NCBI RefSeq assembly: GCF_004010195.1
Contig: NC_057711.1
Coordinates: 70,944,467 to 70,998,270, forward strand
From: Chiloscyllium plagiosum
Taxonomy: Eukaryota
Direction: 5' to 3'
DNA length: 53,804 nt
Shown here piece after piece: positions 47,044 through 53,804 of the stretch. The position numbers and the translations under genes were made by a program. Below the pieces are notes generated by a model. The model did no database searches, was not told the DNA's origin, and saw nothing but the letters and a program-made list of their open reading frames with translations. Each line of letters starts with the position of its first letter. Positions within the stretch are counted from its first letter, which is position 1.

Positions 47044-49034
47044 AACCTATATCTGAACATACTGGTAAGACAAACCCAAATATCCACATCAGAAATTCCA
47101 GATGCTAGATAATGAAGACTTTACTGTTATTAATAATTGGAAAGGAATAATGGATTACATGCTTTATTAAAGCTAGTTCAAGATGTAACTTATTGATGAA
47201 GACAGAATCACCTATCATAACCAGGCATTTATGAGTGGACCTCACCATTTGTTTTAAAATGCATAATCACTTTGTGGCAGGGCATTGATCATATAACCAG
47301 TATTTCCATATTTCCATAAATTTCCCTTTCAATCTCAGATGCTGATTGCATGAGAATTCCAGATGCTTGGGATCTGGATAATGAGAACTTCACACAATTG
47401 GGATTGCAACTTTCCTAGCCATGATTTATGGTTTCCTGGAGATTCCCAGATCTGTTTCCAGGCTAGGCTTGCTCACTGTCATGTGAAATAGTTCTGCATC
47501 ACTGATCCCAACAGAGGGAGACTCAGTCAGATGGCTGCCATAAGGACATGGAATTTAACAATGTTTTAAAAATACAAACAAATTTCTTCCATGAATGAAT
47601 GGGATGAGTAGTTTGAGTAAACAAATATTCACTCTTAGACTGGCTTTCCGTTCTAGTATTTAACAGAGGGATAAATGATATTGACATTAAAGAATGACTT
47701 CTTCAGCAGTACAGCTGTCCCTGGATGAAATACACATGTGACTATTGTTATCAGCCTAATGGGCTGCTTTGACAGTTTATCATTTACAACCTGCCCTCTC
47801 ATTACAGTGTAAAAGAGACTCCTGTGACCAGACTGCACTGATATCTATACTAGCTGTTCAAAAAATGACTTGTTTATTTGCCACATTGCTGGTTCTTCCG
47901 AGAAAGTTTGATTTACTTTGTTCACTGACAAAGGGGTGGTTATGAATCTATGAAATAGCTGAATGAGGGTTTTAAGTTGGACATTTCTACCTGTAACCTG
48001 CTGTTCATCACTAGTCATTGTTAGAAATAATTTTATCTACCGAAAAATAATAGATTTTGATTTTCATTTTGGCAATGTGTCTTCCGGCTCTACCCATGAA
48101 GTCGTAGCAGTGATAGAGCTTTGGACATTCTGCAGATTGATATTTCATAAAACAGTTACACAAAGACTGCATATCCCCTCAGCAAGACATCTTGGATGGC
48201 CAGGATATGGACAGTAGGTTCATTTAAGTTTCAGATAGATGAGATTGGTGCAGCAAGGAATTCTTAATATTAGAAAATATTTAATGAACGAAACTATTTG
48301 TGCAATGGATTTCATTTGTTCCACAGAATGTGAAATCAGTAAACCATATCTACCCCATTAATTAAATCTCTCAAGGATCCTGTTGCACATAAACTTCCTG
48401 ATCTCTAATGTTTCAAACATGATTGCTGGACATTTATTAATTCTCCCAATCTGCTATTTAATCCTATTTAAATTGTGCGTCACAGATAATATTTTCTCTA
48501 GCACCAGCAACAATGCACTACTTTATTTTCTGGAGTAATGGATTATGTCCAATCATGTGGATCAGCAAACCACAAAGCAAATAAAATTGTAATCATTGTA
48601 GCCAAATCAATAATGTACAACAGGAGGATCTCACGTTATTGCTCTATAGAGCTCTGACCAGACTTCAGCTTTAATGCTGTATTCAGTTTAGTCACAACAA
48701 GGCAGGATAAACATTCAAATACTGAGGGTGTTGTAGGAAATAAAATAAAACATTTGATAGGCAGAGCTATAAGGACTGACATCATAAACTTGAGCTTTTC
48801 TTAATTGGAAGATGACAAAGCGGGGACTTCACAGACTTGCATGAGATAGTTCAGGGTAATAGAAAGATAAATAAGGCACATTAGTTCACATGTAGCCACG
48901 ACTGTGTGACAAGATGGCACAAGTCCAGAGCAGTGAGAAGCAGATTTGGAACAGATGTCGTTCTTTCTCTGATAGACATTAATCATAATAACAATTTATA
49001 TTTGCACTCACTTACAAGTAGAAAATTACAAGTA

Positions 49035-50939
49035 CGCCACCACTGCCACAGACTTTATCAGCAAGTGTGGGGAGGACTGCATACTGAGGAAGTCAATCCA
49101 GGTGTTCCCCAATAGGAAACCCTGGATGAATCAGGACACATAGAACCTGCTAAAAACCGGGCATGAGGCCTTCAGATCAGGAGACCTACTCAGATTTAAG
49201 GAATCCAAGTATGACCTTTGCAGAACCAAGGACCAATACCAATCCAAACTAGAGACCCAGACAGACACCTGGCGACTATGGCAAGGACTAAATGACATCA
49301 CAGGTTCTAAAAAGAGACAGTGCAAGATAGCAGACAATGACACATACCTCCCAGATCATCTCAATTCCTTCTATGCTCGCTTTGAGCAGAAGTTTGGTGG
49401 AGAGGGAACACTTATTCCGACAAGTCCTGACAAACCTATCCTAACAGTCACTGCATCAGAAGTCAGATCAGCTTTCCTCGTGTGAATCCAAGGAAAGCAA
49501 TAGGGCCAGACAGAGTACCAGGTCGTGCACTCAGAGCATGCGCAGATCAACTAGCAGAGGTCTTCTCAAACATCTTCAACCTCTCCCTGCAGCAGGCCAC
49601 TGTCCCTGCCTGTTTCAAGAGGGCCAACACCATCCCTGTGCCTAAGAAGGTTCATGCAGCATGTCTCAATGACTACAGCCCAGTGGCCCTAGCTTCGGTG
49701 GTCATGAAGTGCTTTGAAAGACTGGTCATGACATTAATCAATTTCAGCCTCCCCATTACTCTTGACCCACTCCAATTTGCCTATTGGACCAAAAGATCCA
49801 CTTGCCCTTCACTCCTCCCTAGAACATCTTGCCACCAAGAACAGCTATGTAAGAATCCTACTCATTGACTATAGTTCAGCCTTCAACACTATTATCCCCT
49901 TGAGACTGATTACTAAACTCAGTGATCTCTGACTAAGCCCCACACTCTCTGCAACTGGATCCTCAGTTTCCTGAGCCATAGGCCACAATCAGTGAAGGTT
50001 GGGACAATATTTCATTGTCACTAACACTAAACACTGGAACCCTCCAGGAGTGCGTACTCAACCCTGTACTGTGCTCACTGTATACCCATGACTGCATTGC
50101 CAAATACCAGACCAATGCCATTTACAAGTTTGCTGATGACACCACCATAGTCGGTCAAATCTCAGATGACGACAAAACAGCCTACAGACGGGAAGTGGGA
50201 GACCTGAAAAATGGTGTACTGAGAACAAACTAGCTCTCAATGATGGCAATTATTGACTTTTGGCGAGATGTTACTCATGCCTCCCTACAGATTAACAGCA
50301 CAGAGGTGGAACGAGTGGACAGCGTCAAGCTCCTGAGAGTGGTTATCCACAACAAGCTTTATTGCACTCTTCATGTGGATGCACTGGTTATAAAGGCCCA
50401 ACAATGTCTCTTCTTCCGCAGGTAGCTGAGGAAATTTGGCATAGTGGCGAATACCCTTGCTAGCCATCGAGAGCATTCTGTCTGGATATATCATGACCTG
50501 GTATGGCAACGGTACCATTCAAGATTGGAGACGGTTACAGAGAGTGGTGAACTTGGCCTGGACAATCACAAAGGCCAACCTCCCATCTATAGAATCCATC
50601 TACCAGGCCCGCTATCAAGGAAAGGCTGCCCGCATTCTCAAAGATCCATCCCACCCTGGCAATGTTTTTCTACAGCCTCTACCATCGGGGAGAAGGTACA
50701 AAAGCCTGAACACATGCACCAACCGGTTTTGAAACAGTTTCTACCCTACTGTTGTTAGAATACTGAGTGGACTCGCAAACTCTTAACATTCGTCTGTACC
50801 TGTATTTTTGTTTTTGCCACTGTTTACCTATTATTTACTTATCTATGCTATTTAACAATGTGATCTGTCTGTATTGCTCGCAAGACAAAGCTTTTCACTG
50901 TGCCTCAGTACACATGATAATAAATTCAATTCAATTCAA
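49035..50939 (+). mobile_element. Rex1/Babar-type LINE, 5'-truncated, disabled
   Basis: [73 protein letters not shown]; aataaa followed by (ttcaa)n tail. Confidence 0.93.
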
Positions 50940-50944
50940 ATGTT

Positions 50945-51560
50945 CCAAAAGATTCATGGGAATAATTATCAAACAAAAACACATGAGCAGCACTGATGAC
51001 CAAAATCACACTGAACAAGGTAGGTTTTAAAGATCTTTTTATGGAGGAGAGAGCAATAAACAGATTGGATAGGACATTCCAGAGCTGAAAGCTGAGCCAG
51101 GTGCAACCATGGCCACAGATGGTGGATGAGCAATGTTGAGGATGTGACTTGGAGAAGTGTACTGATCTTATAAATTTGTAGGGTTGATGAGGCTACAAAG
51201 ATGAGATGGAGAGATTTTAAGAAATGCACATTTTCCAATTGAGTTATTAGGTCAGCAACTAATTTAGGTTAATGGACATATAAGTGATTCAGGAAGAAAC
51301 TTGACATGAGTTTGGAGTAAGCAGAGATCTTGATGAGTTCAAGTTTATTCTGGATGTACAGTATGTCACAAACAGAAGAGCACTGGAATAGTCAGGAGTG
51401 GAGTGGAGTGGAGTCTGATGATGGTTTGGAAAAAAATTGGGCTGAGATAGAGTGAGAGAAGAATGGTGTTACTGAGGTGAAATTATGTGATCTTGGTGTG
51501 AAGCAGATTGGGGCTCAGCCTCAGACAGTTGCTAGTGAGAGGCATGGAGTTCAAGCAGGG
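50945..51560 (-). mobile_element. Very old L2-like 3' remnant
   Basis: Purine-rich stretch with gtaggttttaa..ggaggagagag..attccagagc resembling L2 3' regions on the minus strand; no ORF support. Confidence 0.4.
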
Positions 51561-52770
51561 GGTAGAGGCAGGTCTGAGGTCAGTTCTCCTTGGTAATCTA
51601 CAGGACCCATTTCCAGATCCTGTCAGTAGCAGTAAACAAATTTATTCCTGCTGAGGTAGTCATCCTATTAAAAGCTACTGACTGATTCAAGAGCCAATAG
51701 AGGGTGGCAGTTTAGCTGTCTCAGCAGCGCCACTGAGAGCTGTGTCCATTGGTGGGGTTGCTTTGGGAAGAAGAGTACAGCATGGAAGGATGGAAGCCAG
51801 TGCTGTTGCCACAGGGAAAGCTATTGCAGATGGTGAGCACCCCTGTGGGCCAAGATTTCCCGAATAGGAGTCTCTCTATTAGCATGCTGGAAAGCTACTA
51901 CGGTTAACCCTGCTGTCTCTTCATAAGGACCCACTGCTGTTCGTGGAATTCCAGGGTTGACAGAAAATACCCTTTAATTGATTATTTATATAAATCAATT
52001 GATAATACATCACTGAAGCAAACTTTTAAAATTTATTAACTATAGGCTATAGCCGAAAGGATACTAGAATAGGGATAATGCCTTCTTTAATCAAACCTCA
52101 ATCCCATGTCATCTGACATTATCATGACATAGCTCCTTATACACATACACAGTGGCTATTGTCAGAGTAATGGTACAGTTAATCCTTTAGTCTACACACA
52201 GCCCCTTGCCATCATTCATCATTTTACGATCTCTCCCTGCCTCCTAGCTTAGGGCTGAAAATTTCAGTCCTATTTCTTCAATGGTTGAAAACTTAACTTC
52301 AGAAAATTACTGTGCATCCAATAATGGATATCAGACAAGCAACATGACAGATCACAAATAATGGACCTGTTAAGGGAAGTGATGGTTAGTTAAAACTGCA
52401 TGTTGTCAGCACTTGTGTGGAGACTGACAGTGATTTTAAAAGAGGGAAGTAGCTACACGAGTAAATGGTTGCGGCAACAGAAAGAGATGAAATTACTTCC
52501 AAAGCAGATTTTTTAATAGAAGCAACCGTGTTTGTTTTTCATGATTGAATTGCTTTCCTCGTCTATTCTTTAAGGACACAAAGTCAATGCAGCGCCTATA
52601 ACTTCAAACAAAAGAAGCGGAATAGGTTAGAAGAGTAAAGGATTCTAGGAATATAGGAAAATGAATCATTAAAGACTAGAAGTTAACTTTAGGCATATGG
52701 AATTCAAAAGCAGTGAAATTATGTCAATCTGCACAAAAGTGCTGTATGCTGTCCCAAACCGCATTTTATG

Positions 52771-52897
52771 GGAGAAAGTGAGGACTGCAGATGCTGGAGA
52801 TCAGAGCTGAAAAATGTGTTGCTGGAAAAGTGCAGCAGGTCGGGCAGCATCCGAGGAGCAGGAGAATCGACGTTTCAGGCATAAGCCCTTCTTCATA
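52771..52897 (-). mobile_element. PLE family A terminal insert truncated at the hammerhead
   Basis: Nearly identical to 16859-16978; imperfect TSD aaac(cg/tc)cattttatg at 52756-52770 and 52898-52912. Confidence 0.9.
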
Positions 52898-52911
52898 AAA
52901 CTCCATTTTAT

Positions 52912-53365
52912 GTCAGCTGTGATACAGTTGGTAGCAATCCTGCCTACCAGCCATTGTGGGTTCAAGTCTCCTTCCAGTACCTGTCCACAAAAAAACCCGA
53001 AATTTTCTAGTTAGGGCAGTGCTGTAGGAGTATACACTGTTAGAGGTGTTGTATTTCCAATAAGTTGTAAAACCCAATCTACTCTCACAGAATGATATTT
53101 GAAAAAAACAAATGGCAACATTTCAAGAATGAGCAGAAGAGTTATCACTGGTATCCTGGCCAATATTTATCCCTCAATTAACATTATTAACAAAAAGAGA
53201 CTCTGCAGCCATAGTCACAGAATTGTTTGTGAGAGTTGCTGTGTGTCCATTAACTAACACAATTCCTCAACAGTGACTATATGTCAAAAGTACTTAATTG
53301 ACTGGAAAGCACTGAAGAACATTTGTCGACATGGACAATGCCATTGAAATGGAAGTCTACTGCAT
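52912..53365 (+). mobile_element. DeuSINE-like tRNA SINE, decayed
   Basis: cagttggtagca..gggttcaagtc head; atggcaacatttcaagaatgagcag..cctggccaatatttatccctca. Confidence 0.7.
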
Positions 53366-53621
53366 TGTTATTGAAAAGATTTTGAAACACTATGGAAAGA
53401 TATGAGGATCAAACTAGGACTGAGAGATTACAGCTGTTGTTATGCTGTGCGACAGCTTCAAGCCACCCATAGCCAAGTATTCCCATTTATATGGTGGCTC
53501 TTAAAAGGCTTCCAAGAAGGTAGACTAGATTGTCGTAATTTTTTTTAACTGATGCCCATAAAGAATTTACAGAATAAAATTTGCTCAATGTTAATGGTGC
53601 CTCAACAAAGTTTCCCAGAAA

Positions 53622-53804
53622 GGTAAAAACAATGACTGCAGATGCTGGAAACCAGATTCTGGATTAGTGGTGCTGGAAGAGCACAGCAGTTCAGGCAGCA
53701 TCCGAGGACAGGCAAAATCCGAGGACAGGCAAAATCGACGTTTCGGGCAAAAGCCCTTCATCAGGAATAAAGGCAGAGAGCCTGAAGCGTGGAGAGATAA
53801 GCTA
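53622..53804 (-). mobile_element. PLE terminus, family A-related, running off the window end
   Basis: gactgcagatgctgga..gctggaagagcacagcag; 17-bp tandem duplication at 53700-53733. Confidence 0.88.
53733..53768 (-). ncRNA. Minimal hammerhead ribozyme motif, intact core
   Basis: Minus strand attc-CTGATGA-a-GGGC-tttt-GCCC-GAAAC-GTC-gatt. Confidence 0.75.

Noticed and set aside
1..53804. CRISPR array or prokaryotic operon
   Set aside because: No regularly spaced repeats or gene-dense coding; content is typical vertebrate retroelement DNA.

Overview
Repeat-dominated vertebrate genomic DNA, most likely a cartilaginous fish (inferred from HE1-type V-SINEs, DeuSINE-like copies and the CR1/Penelope content). 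I found no intact host protein-coding gene, so the window looks intronic or intergenic. It holds decayed CR1 LINEs, one 5'-complete but disabled L1 cut by an assembly gap, a Rex1/Babar LINE, tRNA-derived SINEs, Harbinger-type Myb/SANT remnants and at least four Penelope-like element (PLE) families. The most striking signal is a recurring minimal hammerhead-ribozyme motif (CTGAnGA-n-stem II-GAAA-palindromic stem III-TH) in the PLE termini. It also occurs in short (125-210 bp) non-coding inserts with 12-15 bp target-site duplications (TSDs), several of which fold back into long hairpins centred at the ribozyme's 5' edge; one has perfect 88-bp arms. Other observations: local DNA copied into or next to CR1 copies, a patchwork PLE 5' junction, a YY1-type motif at the L1 5' end and a candidate recursive splice site on the minus strand. 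Everything was read by eye. Family names come from recalled motifs, boundaries of old repeats are approximate, and ribozyme activity is untested.
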